Shown here: piece after piece, positions 12,094 to 30,545 of the stretch
Numbering within the stretch: position 1 is the stretch's first letter
How the letters are laid out: each line of letters begins with the position of its first letter
Origin: Saccostrea cucullata
Taxonomy: Eukaryota
NCBI RefSeq assembly: GCF_032062105.1
Contig: NW_026930161.1
Coordinates: 372,001 to 436,000, forward strand
Direction of reading: 5' to 3'
DNA length: 64,000 nt
Notes under the pieces: generated by a model
What the model saw: only the letters and a program-made list of their open reading frames with translations
What the model was told of the DNA's origin: nothing
The model's database searches: none
Translations under genes and position numbers: made by a program

Positions 12094-13872
12094 TTAAGGA
12101 TCCCTTATACATTTCAACCATAGGTGTTCAAATAATACTTCAGAAAAGTACTTATACAGAAAGCCATACATTATGTATGTCAACTTTCTCTCATGCGTAC
12201 ATTTTGTATCATTTAATGAAGTACTGGATTGAGATTGAAAGGATGCAGAGGTACAAATGTTAATCAATATTTTAACTGTTTTACATGTACAACCTCTATT
12301 AGATCACACTATCATCGTTAAGTATTTCAAAGTACACCATGCAGCAGGCAACAGCAGTCCTTTCAATTTATTGTGACTTAAATTTAAAAAAAAAAGAGGA
12401 CGGAAAGGTTTAGCCCTAGGTCCCTCGTCCTTGGAAAAAATTTTTTTGTCACGGTCACGTAAAATTCTGGAAAAAGCATATCCAACACTGATAACACTTT
12501 CAGTTCCAAGTTTATGGAGCTTGCTGAAGGAACATTTATCAAAGTTTAATTTTCGATGTTAATTTTACATTAATTAACTTTTAAATGCCTTATACTGCAA
12601 GAAGGTCATTTTATTTTTTATTTTCGTTTGTCGAATAGAGTTTCCTTTAATCCTTTTTATTTTTTTTTTCTAAAAAGTGACAATGAACTTGCTCAAATGA
12701 CAAAACCTCGGGTTATACGTATGATGTGTTATCACTCTATCAAAAAGTTGTGGATTGGATATAAATCATAGACTTTTTCAAAAGTAACATTGAACTAACT
12801 AAAATAACATTGTCTCAAAATCAAAATCGGTCATATACGATTTTAGTCTCCAATGTAAGACATATTTTCTGTTACGAAGTTATGGGTTGAACACGATTGC
12901 ACAGACAGACAGTTAATACATGTTTATACAATCTTGGAACAAAATTAAGTTCTATATTGCTCAGACTACAGCTTTTTAACTACTTCTGAAGGTTTTCAAA
13001 CATTTTTTTCTCTCTCTCTGTTTTGAGATCTTGTTAATTGAAGATGATAGTGATCATTGTTTAGGAAGGCTTCGTTTGTTAAGAATGTAAATGAAGCAAC
13101 AAACGAGATTCCTTTCATATAATAGAAACTAAATTACATTCAAACTTAAAACTTGATCCAGGCATGTTTCTCCAATTACAAAAACACAGAAAGTTAACTG
13201 AATTGTAGCCATACTGGTTATCCTGTCTGACAAAATAATGAAAGATTTGAGGAACTTAGGCTTCAGTTAATGAAAGCAATTAAAGTCATCCTACCGGCCT
13301 GAGCATTTTATTTTTGGAATTTTGTTACAAAAAGCGGCGTTCGAGTAGATGCCAGTTTTGCCCTATCTTTTATGGAAAGGGTTGTTAAGCTCACCTTATT
13401 ATCATACTACTATTTAAACCATGACGACAGTGTCATGATTTAAATAGTAGTGTGACAAATGAGCCATTCTTTACCACACAACATTCATGATCAACATTTT
13501 AAAAAAATCGGAGCACAAAGTCACATTTTTATATCCAACCACTAAATCTTACAGCTCTGCTTCCCATCCAAACTGTTTTTAAGCAAGTAATATTACTGTA
13601 ATTATAATAATAACTGCTACAAACTTTAAAACGTTATTATCATTTTTTAACATAAGAGGCTCTTGCAAGTTTTTTTTTTTCAATCCGATAACACACGTAA
13701 AAACATTTGCCTTTACACATGTAGTACGATTTATTGCAATTTCATGTGTTTGAAAGAAAGATAAAAATGCAAATTTCATAAAAACAAATCAAAAACAAGT
13801 TGTGATATTCAGCTTACGTAACAAATAATGCCTTAAGAAGGCTAGCTAAAATCTGTCGAAGAAATCAGTGAG

Positions 13873-13908
13873 TATAAAAGAGGAGTGCCTCTCTTTTTAG
13901 AATTCATT
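13873..13908 (+). promoter_or_regulatory. Core promoter of FReD copy 2: TATA box (TATAAAAG 13873-13880) and Inr-like TCATT (13904-13908)
   Basis: TATAAAAG lies ~33 nt before an Inr-like TCATT and ~80 nt before the ATG at 13955. Confidence 0.6.
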
Positions 13909-13954
13909 GTAGACAGAATATCGATACATACAACGACAAAAGAAAATAGACAAA

Positions 13955-20005
<6,051 letters not shown>

Positions 20006-20480
20006 GAAAAAGGTTCGAACTAATTGTACCGTGATTTGTTTAAATATTGTCATACATAGAATTTTGCAAATTTTTATATCAAATCTGTTTTATTCAAATA
20101 TTTACCAAATAGAAAAATCGAGTTTGAACACAAAACGGTATACAGAGATCAATTTTGGATTGTTTCAAACTACAATTTATTTTTTTTTTATCTGATACGT
20201 AACTCAACACTAACGTTGAAAGGAAATACTTTTAACATATCCAGCGTCCTTTGTGAGGGAAAATATGAGTTTCAAAGAGTAACGAATATAAAACCATGTA
20301 GGATAACTTATTATCAATCACAAAAGATGATGAACACCTGTAAGAAATGCTAACAAAAAATAATTTAACTATCATAAAAGTGTACAACACCTTTAAGAAT
20401 TGCATAACAAACTGATTTTAAGTGTGTAAGATTTGATTAAATAAATTGCTCTCTTAAAGAAAAGGAAATTTTGTTTTGAT

Positions 20481-22668
20481 TATAAGCGTGATAAAAAGTT
20501 GGTGAACAAACTATATTTACAAAACCACAATCGCAATTTTAAAAATCGCTGAAATAATGGACGTAACAAGTTGGTATCGTTGTAATGAAAAAAACGTACC
20601 TCAGCATTTGCTTTCAATGATTAAATTCATATATTTACATGACACAGATCATATTCTCCACAGAATCTTACGAACCAGAGCAAATCGAGGACGTCGTTCT
20701 GCAACTTTCGCTATGAGCGTTGTCGTTAATGTTAACATGGCCATGGTCAAGTATATAATCAGATTTTTTAAAACAACATTCAATGAGTTTATTTATAAGT
20801 TTATTTATTAATTGCACATCGATAAATTCTGAAAAAAGAACGTTTAATCCTATAGTAAAGAAATGTTGTTTTGCTCCATGTTTATAACGTCACAATGTGG
20901 AAATGACGTCAATATGTAGACCACTTGTGACAAAAAATAGTTGACTAAGTCGTACTCGAGCAATGAACAGCTGTAAAGTTGTTCGTATGTCTTGGAAATT
21001 CCTTTAGCAGTTGTATATGATAATTTGTGCACGGTTTATGAAGACAAAAGACTTGTCAGAATGTTCCTTGTACTCCTTGTGATGGGGAAATAATGGAAAA
21101 ATCCTTCATCAATTCAGTGAATAAATAATGGACTAACAATTAGTATGAAAGACGTCAGTCAGCATTTGACTCAATTATAAATTGTATTTGCTGACAAGGT
21201 CATTGAATCGACCACAGAATATACGAAATGATGACTTTAAACGAGTCTGCTTATATTCTTGTTTCATCAACTTGTTTGTCAATAATTTACCTCGATTTAG
21301 AAATTGTTCATACGTAGAGCATGCTCTTGTGTATCGAATCAACTGAGATATACATGTATAGACTCTGTATGCAGGTGATAAAGGTATATTGCTGCGTAAA
21401 TAAGGGAAGTTTGAGAAAGAAAAGTTAAAGCCATCCCGTTTATCATAGAGCTTGGTTGTTTGATTACCACACCAATTTTTTTTTCAAGTAAAATATCCAA
21501 ATATGAAACAGATGTGTCAGATTATGTGGTATCTTTATCTCAAGATCACCAGGATATAACGTATCGACATAAGAATGGAAATTACCACTGTTAATTGACA
21601 ATACGTCGTCAATATATCTAAATGTCGAGTTGAAGCCCACAGCATGTGTTTTCTTCTTTTCGCGCATAAGATCTTGACTAAAATTCTACTTCATCTGAAT
21701 ACAAAAATAGGTCTGCTAATAAAGGGGTGCAATTGGTACCCATGGAATTCCAATAGATAGTTGAAAAACAACAAAGATATTATCAATCAGAAACTCCAGC
21801 ATCTTTTTCATGTGAATTTCAGAGTACTTGTGTGTACAATCAGAATGTGTTTTAACAAAATATACTCTTCAAAAAAAGAAACGCATAGTAGAATTTTAGT
21901 GACACATTGAACATAAAGATTATTTAGTAAAATGATGCATTGATAAAACAGAAATGTGGTAAGCAACAGGAATACCATCTAAATGTCATAATTACTCAAG
22001 AATTTAAAACCACAGTCAGTTTAAGGTAATTAAAGATCACTATCTGGTATGCCCCCCGCAGACACAGATGATAGCCAGATTGAGTTACATTCATACAATT
22101 TACGTAATCATTTGAAGTGATCCCGTGCTGCTGATATCACACGTGGTCTGCCGTATTTTTTGCGAACATTGGGTGCTTGATGTTAATGGTTTATGTTTTA
22201 TAGGTTAGATATGGCGTGTAACATTTAAACCTCTTGCAATTGTCCCCTGCTCCAGTCGCCCATTTTCCTTTTTGTGCTACGCAACATTCAGATGAATTTT
22301 CAGATGAAACCAGATTCAAAATATCGAGAACCTCCGCTTTTGATACCCCCTTTGTACATGAAGGAATTCATCAGAATTTAATAAATGAAAATTGAGATAA
22401 AACTTTTTGGGGAAATTTTGCAAAATCAGGTTTTTTGTCTATGAGACTTGTAGAATAGCTGTAAAGCTAACAATTGCATTAAAAAGCACACATTTCACTC
22501 GAATACAACATATCCATCTAAAAATAAAAGGTATGGCAAAACTATCATGCATTTTTCAGGGCATTGTTCCTACTATGCGTTTCTTTTTTTGAAGAGTTTA
22601 TTTAAGAAATTCTGATTGAAGTTACTGAGTATTCAATTAGTTCGAGAACTTTTTGATCACCCCTCGTA
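20481..22668. mobile_element. Mariner-derived (irritans/Hsmar2-like TIR) element relic with a nested Penelope-like fragment
   Basis: Right end is rc TACGAGGGGTGATCAAAAAGTT; degenerate left end GCGTGATAAAAAGTT..CTATATTTACAAAACCACAAT matches the other end of the copy at 32094-32918; block absent from the paralogous unit (~5960-6030). Confidence 0.65.
21060..21870 (-). pseudogene. Penelope-like retroelement reverse transcriptase fragment (frameshifted)
   Basis: Minus-strand motifs GI(P)MGTNCTPLLADLFLYS and FRYIDDVLSIN..YPGDLEIK with stops and frameshifts. Confidence 0.85.
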
Positions 22669-22925
22669 ATATAAAATATCCAAAGTTCAATTTAATGTTG
22701 TTGACCATCATAGTAAACTGCATCGTATGACTATACCTACAAATACTATTCTATAAGACTTCAAGTAAGATAATGTTGACTTGAGCAAAAACCAGAGAGG
22801 GGTCAGATCAATAATATATATCTTTGCTTTTTATTGATAAAATTAATGATTGAGTATTTATATCGCCGAATTGTTTATGTAGATCTTCTCAAACAGCACG
22901 TTTGTTTAGATTTTACCTAGAAGGT

Positions 22926-23070
22926 GTACGATGACGAATCTGATTGATATCAGATTTTTGTTACGCTCCGAAATTCTGATGGTCGCTTTACTTTGTAAAG
23001 TCTTACTTTGTACACCGACCATCAGAATTTCGGAGTATAACTAAGATTTGATTTTAATCAGATTTGTGTA
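22926..23070. mobile_element. Palindromic MITE, duplicated copy of 6228-6362
   Basis: Same inverted arms (CTCCGAAATTCTGATGGTCG / CGACCATCAGAATTTCGGAG). Confidence 0.75.
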
Positions 23071-23188
23071 TGACAGCTGTGAATATACTTCAAAACTTAT
23101 TCAGTCAGTAAGCTGAACGGTCAAAGTCCTCAAAGGGAAAATGAGAAAATGGGAAGTCCCTTGCAACGAATTAATGGCCAACTCTAAT

Positions 23189-23350
23189 CACAGGCACCTG
23201 AATTTTTATCAACAAGTCGCTAATTAAGCCAAATATGGAAAAATTCTACCCCCTCTAAGGGCCTCTATATGTATTTATATACAGAGGGGGTAGAATTTTT
23301 CGATATTTGGCTTAATTAGCGACTTATTGATAAAAATTCAGGTGCCTGTG
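23189..23350. mobile_element. 162-bp near-perfect palindromic MITE, CACAGG...CCTGTG termini, 7-bp TSD (P-element-superfamily-like)
   Basis: ~68-bp arms; TSD CTCTAAT at 23182-23188 and 23351-23357; empty site with a single CTCTAAT in the paralog (~6466-6472). Confidence 0.9.
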
Positions 23351-24020
23351 CTCTAATATTAAAGTAGAATGTCCATACTGTTTTACTTCATTTGAGAAAA
23401 GAGAGAAAAGCTTTGTCCTAGCCTTTTATATACATATTTTAATGGGCAATAGAAAATAACCATCAAATTCCTTTCATGGTAAGTTTAGAGTACATGCATA
23501 AAATAATGACATTTTCAACAAGTTAAATTTTATTTATTGATTAAAAATGTTATTATCATCGTTTGATTTATTTCAACTCTGTCAAAAAGAAACGATAATT
23601 GTTATTTAGATCATTCTGACGTCAAAAAACATACACTATTCATGTATTATTAACGAAAATCTCAAATAATAAAGAATCTAGTCTTGTTTTATTTCATTTG
23701 TCTATTATTTTTTAGTTTGAACACAACACACTGTATTAGCCGTTATCAGCCGATGTACACTTATCGTTAAGTCTAAAGTGGACACAAAAACTTAATTTAC
23801 TGTCATCTTTGTTTTAGGAATTTAAATGGACTCAACAATTTGTTTATTTTACTAAAAGATTTGCGTCAAATTTAAAAGTTGTTTGATAAGATCATGTTTT
23901 GAATATATACTGCTTTGGTGAGAGTGAGAGTTACATCATTGCGTGAATCTGCGAACTACAAACACGGGATTTTTACATTTATACAACTCTATTTTACGTT
24001 TTATATTTCCAAGAATAACA

Positions 24021-24383
24021 ATGAGTTTGTACCAGACAAAACTAAGGACTGCGGGAACAAAAGGTACCCCTATCATCAATACCCTGAGTGTGGATAGAGC
24101 TATGAAATCTAGGATGCAAAACCAGGGTCAGTCAAATCTGTTGCGAGAGAAGACATTGTGTTACGAGCGAGAATTTAATCAGACAAGACGAGCATCTTTG
24201 AGAGAAGAGCAAGAACTGAAAAGAACCTCTTGTGGACATGGGAAAGTTCCAAATAATACTGAAGAGTGGCTGAAGAAGAATAGTACTAAATATAACGAAT
24301 GGAAAAAGCGGGAAAGAATGCGACTGGAACACATGTTTCCCCATAGAGGTGTCAAAGAAATGCCCCAAAAGAACGCAAAGTAA
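24021..24383 (+). CDS. Uncharacterised 120-aa protein, copy B
   Basis: Paralog of 7123-7485. ATG at 24021; the track's upstream extension starts at a non-ATG codon. Confidence 0.75.
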   Translation: MSLYQTKLRTAGTKGTPIINTLSVDRAMKSRMQNQGQSNLLREKTLCYEREFNQTRRASLREEQELKRTSCGHGKVPNNTEEWLKKNSTKYNEWKKRERMRLEHMFPHRGVKEMPQKNAK

Positions 24384-26067
24384 CTAGTTAGACTTCTTTA
24401 CGTTATCCATTGGGATTTTTTACAGTCATTAAAAACTGGGAAAAAGCCGTGTCTGTTGCAGCAGTTCCTGGATATATTTGCGTCACAGTCATCACAACTA
24501 ATTTTTTTCCCTTACTTTCACGAGGATATCGACCCGGATGGGCCCATGGCGGTATCATCTATAGATGTGGTGAAAGAAATATTTTTATATCATAAATATA
24601 ATATATAATTTCCAACGTAAATTCATCAAGACTTGTAACTTTAAAAAAAACTACACTATTTCAAACGATATTTCAGGAATGGAGAGGTGGAGAAAAATTA
24701 TTACATGTATGCCATGAACAATTGTAAATATTTAAAATTAATAATAATTATATTTATGCTAAATACGCAACAATGTATTGTCACCTAGTTTTGTGAGATG
24801 AAACATTCGCGAAATAAAATTACTCACTTTTACTTTTATATTCCAAACATGCCCCCAAAATCTTAATTACGAATAAATACCGTCATGAGATGATATCTTG
24901 GAGTATTTTTGCGATATTATATACTCTTAAGAGGAACGATGTCACAAACATTGACCTTGTTGAAAATGACTAAATAATTATGGAATCTACTGTGCTTAAA
25001 TGCCATGTTGAACAATTACTTTGGAGAAGTGAGTGAAATGTTGGGCATGACTTTTTCTTTCTTCATTTGATCTAGACCACAGGTACTTCGATAAATCCCA
25101 TCAAATATTAGAATAATAACAAGGTTTATTACAGAGAACTTTTAATACATAAACAATTGTCTTTGCCCTGAAAAAATTTCATGGAGTTCTATACTTTAGT
25201 ACTCCATTTCTTTTAATTGAAAATAGAAATAAAATAAATTTTAATATTGTACCGCGTCCATGTGATAGCAACACGTATCGCGGTAAAGTTAACGAACGTT
25301 TACCGATATACGGGAGTACTAATGTGTTTCCGTGCTTGACTAACCAGAAAGTCAAATGCGGGTGTGGATAAAAAAAAACAGTATATCACATTTATGTATT
25401 TTACTGACAAGTGCAAGCGCTAAAATTTATTTGCGCCAATGCATCCCCACTTGCGTTTGCGCTAAAATACGTATGCGCCAAATTTTCTCGTTTTACAGTA
25501 TATATTATAAATGGACAATAGATAATAACCATTAATTAAATCCCTATCATAATAAGTTTAGAGTACATGCATAAAATAATGACATTTTCAACAATTTAAA
25601 TTTAATTTATTGATTAGAAATATTATCCTTGTTTGATTTATTTCAGCACTGTCAAAAGAAACGATAATTGTTACTAGTATTTAGATCTTTCTGACGTCAG
25701 AGACATTCACCAGATTCACTATGCGTATATTATTAACGAATATCTCTAATAATAGGATCTAGTTCTGTTTTATTTCATTTGTCTTTAATTTTTAGTTTGA
25801 ACACGACACACTGTTTTAGCCGTTATCAGCCGAGGAACACTTGCCATCAAGTCTTAAGTGGACGAGAAAACTTAATTAACTGTCATCTTTGTTTTAGGAA
25901 TTTAGATGGACTCAACAATTTGTTTATTTTACTAAAAGATTTGCGTCAAATTTAAAAATTGTTTGATAAGATCATGTTTTGAATATATTCTGCTGTGTGA
26001 GTGAGAGTTCCATCATTGCGTGAATCGAGAATTACAAGCACGGAGCTTTATATTTCCAAGAATAACA

Positions 26068-26430
26068 ATGAGTTTGTACCAGACAAAATTAAGGACCGCC
26101 GGAACAAAAGGTACCCCTATCATCAATACCCTGAGTGTGGATAGAGCTATGAAATCTAGGATGCAAAACCAGGGTCAGTCAAATCTGTTGCGAGAGAAGA
26201 CATTGTGTTACGAGCGAGAATTTAATCAGAGCAGACGAGCATCTTTGAGAGAAGAGAAAGAACTGAAAAGAACCTCGTGTGAACGTGGAAATGTTCCAAA
26301 TAATACTGAAGAGTGGCTGCAGAAGAATAGTACTAAATATGACGAATGGAAAAAGCGGGAAAGAACACGACTGGAACACATGTTTCCCCATAGAGGTGTC
26401 AAAGAAATGCCCCAAAAGAAAGCAAAGTAA
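26068..26430 (+). CDS. Uncharacterised 120-aa protein, copy C (A/B mosaic)
   Basis: Paralog with ATG at 26068. 5' part and upstream flank resemble copy A; 3' end and downstream flank resemble copy B. Confidence 0.72.
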   Translation: MSLYQTKLRTAGTKGTPIINTLSVDRAMKSRMQNQGQSNLLREKTLCYEREFNQSRRASLREEKELKRTSCERGNVPNNTEEWLQKNSTKYDEWKKRERTRLEHMFPHRGVKEMPQKKAK

Positions 26431-26962
26431 CTAGTTAGACTTCTTTACGTTATCCATTGGGATTTTTTACAATCATTAAAAACTGGGATAAAGCCGTGTC
26501 TGTTGCAGCAGTTCCTGGATATATTTGCGTCACATTCATCATAACTAATGAATTTTTTTCCTTACTTTCACGAGGATATCGACCTGGATGGGTCCATGGC
26601 GGTATCATCTATAGATGTGGTGAAAGAAATATTTTTTAACATAAATATAATATATAATTTCCAACGTAAATTCATCAAGACTTGTAACTTTAAAAAAACC
26701 TACACTATTTCAAACGATATTTCAGGAATGGTGAGGTGGAGAAAAATTATTACATGTATGCCATGAACAATTGTAAATATTTAAAATTAATATATTTATG
26801 CTAAATACGCAACAATGTATTGTCACCTAATTTTGTGAGATGAAACATTCGCGAAATAAAATTACTCACTTTTACTTTTATATTCCAAACATGCCCCCAA
26901 AATCTTAATTACGAATAAATACCGTCATGAGATGATATCTTGGAGTATTTTTGCGATATTAT

Positions 26963-27453
26963 TTAAGGAATGACTCTAATTCTTGACCATATTATCGAGT
27001 ATAATCTGGTTTGGGTCAGTTTACGCTTTAACTGAAACATTCGATAATATGGCCAAGAAATATTCCTTATAATTTAATTTTAAAATAATTAAACAACTTT
27101 TGATGTAAAATTGTGTTGCTATTTATAAGTTCAAATTTACCGCGCAATAATACAACCGTAGTAACGGAAGTGATTTGAAGCGAGGGGAGGTAATAACTGA
27201 TACATAGATCTAGCAGCCATGATGTTTGTTTACATGAGGTAAGAACGAGTAATTGTTTAAAGTTGAAGGTACATTTATTAAATCTGGAATTTTCCATGGA
27301 TTCCGAGGACTGGAAATGAGGGGATTGCATGGATATGATGATTAAGCTGGTCGTCAAGGGGGTGTGTCCCCATACCAAACCAGATTATACAAAATGTTAT
27401 GCGTTCCTTTTTGGAAATCAACCAATGAGAGGCGAGAATACAAATAAAATTAA
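26963..27453. mobile_element. ~490-bp insertion with terminal hairpin and sub-terminal inverted repeats (Crypton- or Helentron-like non-autonomous; class uncertain)
   Basis: Absent at the paralogous site 24916-24920; ATTAT duplicated; hairpin TAAGGAAT..TTCTTGACCATATTATCGA / TCGATAATATGGCCAAGAA..ATTCCTTA; ATAATCTGGTTTGG pairs with CCAAACCAGATTAT. Confidence 0.75.
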
Positions 27454-28019
27454 ATTATATACTATTAAAGAGGAACGATGTCACAAACATTGACCTTGTT
27501 GAAAATGACTAAATAATTATGGAATCTACTGTGCTTAAATGCCATGTTGAACAATTACTTTGGAGAAGTGAGTGAAATGTTGGGCATGACTTTTTCTTTC
27601 TTCATTTGATCTAGACCACAGGTACTTCGATAAATCCCATCAAATATTATAATAATAACAAGGTTTATTACAGAGAACTTTTAATGCATAAACAATTGTC
27701 TTTGCTCTGAAAAAAATTCATGGAGTTCTAAGCATGTGTACATATCTTTACATACATGTATATCGAATGTTTTCTTTGAGACCCTTGTACAGTAATTAAA
27801 ATTTTTTCCTTGACATTTGGAATAATGTAATATAAAAAAGAGTTCATATAAGTTTTGTATTTTATGGCTCAGTTATTCTTGAGAAGCTTCTAAATAATCC
27901 AACTATACGAGTATGTTGTTTTTCTTAACTTTTTGTTATTCCCTTCTTATTTTTCCTTAAAACCTTGAAATGAGACTTTGACATGAATATCTCTTATTAC
28001 AAAGAAATATATGGAGATA

Positions 28020-28440
28020 ACGAACAGTATTCAAAATCAAAAGTCCATAAAACGTTACAAAATAGGAGCAGAGCTAACACGGGCATCCAAAACATCAGAG
28101 TTGGGATCAAGTGCCGTGGAGGAGTGAGCATCCCTTGCCGATTGGTCACACCCGCCGTATGCCCCTTGTTATGATCGGGAAAGATGGAAAAATCCGTCAT
28201 CACTTCAATGTAAAATAATGGACTAACAATTAATATGAAAAACGTCAGTCAGCATTTGACTCAATGATAAATTATATATTGCTGACAAGGTCATTGTATC
28301 GACCATAGAACTTAAGAAATGCTGACTTTAAACGAATCTGTTGATCTTCTTGTTTCATTAATTTGTTTGTCAATAATTTACTTTTTTAAAATTTAATTTA
28401 ATAATTTTAGAAAATGTACATACGTAGAGCATGCGCTTGC
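28020..28440 (-). mobile_element. Penelope-like fragment (paralog of 8480-8860)
   Basis: Sequence identity to 8480-8860 and 21080-21330. Confidence 0.65.
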
Positions 28441-29379
28441 GTGATGCTGAATGATGAATTGAGTAATACATGTTCACAAAATCTTGAGAGAGGATGTCAT
28501 AATAAAAAAAAGTTGGCAAAAGATCACTTCAGCCTTTGGCTTAGAGAGCTAAATCTCGTAAACTGCAGTTTAAATTAAAAAAAAACAATCAAAAAACTTT
28601 ATTTCCCTTCACACAAGTGTATTTTTTGTCAAATGGTGGTTCTGGAGAAGTCGAAAATCAGACAATAGTATACGAAGAGACAGTGGTATGCCAGAATATC
28701 AAGAGAAACATGAGCTCCCAGCTGACTCAAAACTTTATGGAAATCTTTTCTATTACGCTTGTTAAGAAGTCAACTGAACTTATTGTCGCCAAAGAAGTAA
28801 GAAATTCTATAATGTACATGTAACTTCTAAAACAGGTATAAACATGAACTTTAGTACAATACAGTATAGCTAAGTAAAGAAAATTACAGATACTTGAAAA
28901 CGATTTGTTTAGGGCTATCTTAATGAATAGCACATACAAAAGCAGTGAAAATTGAACCTTATTGTTACAGAGCGGGAAATATTTAAGTTTTTATTTCATT
29001 GACAAATCAATCATGTTTTGTAAAGTCATTTTTAAAAGACAGATATTGTGAGATGAGGTCTACCTTAGTATGTTTTCTTAGATTTATAATTAATTTTATA
29101 ATTCAAAGAGTAGCGATCTGTAAATATCAGATTCTCCTCTCTATTCAATAAGGATGTGGTTAGGAAAGAAAATTTATATTCTTCTGAAAATGGTTTTAAA
29201 ACATAATATCAATGTTATTTGTTATTTTAAGTATTACTTGAACAAAATAAAGATAACTTATTTGTTCTTGTACAGCCATTTTAATGCATTCATTTTACCT
29301 TTTTCAACTCGTCATTTTGATACATCGACGACTTAATTTTAATAATTGTTACATGTGTTTCCATTAATATGTACACTCA

Positions 29380-29995
29380 ATACATCCCAGTGAGCATGAA
29401 ATATAAGATACCACAGAATTCCACATATCTATGTTATATTTTATATTTTGCAAAAATTATTGTAGCCTAAAAACGAAGCTTTATGATAAACGTGGTGTCT
29501 TTTAACTTTTCAATCGTCAACTTTTTTGTAGTATGCATCCATATACCGTCATCTGTCTTTGAAAGTCTCTCAGTTTATTCTATTCAAAAGAAAAGGTTCT
29601 ATGTACGAATAATTTCTCAAACGAGGCAAGCTACTGGCAAACAAGTTGATGAAACAGGAACATCGACGGTCTCGTTCAAAGTTATAATTTTCAAGCAGGG
29701 TCTTTGCTCGAGACAATGTTCTTGTTAGCATATACAATCTACGATTATCTCTTATGATGACTGACATTTTTCATACTACTTGTTAGGTCATTACTTATAC
29801 ACGCAGCATTGCCTACGGAATTTCTTGTCTTCCAATCACTATACAAGAACCACATGGAGGATGTGATCGGTTGACAGGGGATGCTCACATCTCCATGACA
29901 CTTGATCCCACCTCTGATGTTTGAAAGGACGTATATGCAAATCTCCTGATTTGTATTGGTTAAATTATTTTTTAGCTTGAATACTGTTTGTTATT
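29380..29995 (+). mobile_element. Penelope-like fragment, plus strand
   Basis: Degenerate YPSE(H)EI(.)DTTE-like RT C-terminal stretch followed by the same 3' block. Confidence 0.6.
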
Positions 29996-30363
29996 TCCAT
30001 TATTTATTGCATAGTCCTGTCTTAACATCCTTATCAGCATAAAATAGCTTTCTTGGAAAAGTATCTATACATGTACCTTGAACCTCTTTTATGAACTGAA
30101 TGTGAAGCAATTTTTAAAATATCATTTTTAGATTTTCTCTTTGAAACATGGAATTATCAGTTTAATTAAATTAAAAACTATTAATAATAAATAAGTTATG
30201 TTGCATGTTAATTTTTGATAAGCAGTTTTATCTCTCAAAAAACACGTACCTTGTTGATTATAAAAAGAAATAACGAAATAATTGTACGGTTTTCATCAGA
30301 AAAGCCTCCATTTTTAAAAAGAACAGTGGGATATTTGATATAGTAACTACACTGTATTCACAT

Positions 30364-30545
30364 TTCATTGTTACAGACGATTGGAAGCGACGTCAATGAT
30401 CACAGCATTGAGATGGGCAACAAAATTTCTGTACAAAGAAGTTTCCATAAATAGTTGACAATGTTATAAAGCTCTCAGCAATCATGAAGGTCTTGAAAGA
30501 CTTAATTGAGAATATATCTGGTAGGGTAAAAAGAAAAAAAACAAG
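30364..30545 (+). pseudogene. Decayed fragment of a FReD exon-1 paralog (second copy)
   Basis: Same block as 9457-9532, plus GAAGGTCTTGAAAGACTT..GAGAATATATCTG matching AAAGGTTTTGAAAAACTTGAAAATATTTCTG at ~14342-14372. Contains stops and indels. Confidence 0.65.

Noticed and set aside
23943-24020. N-terminal extensions of the 120-aa ORF in copies B and C (146/136 aa in the track)
   Set aside because: They start at GTG, differ between copies, and are not shared by copy A.
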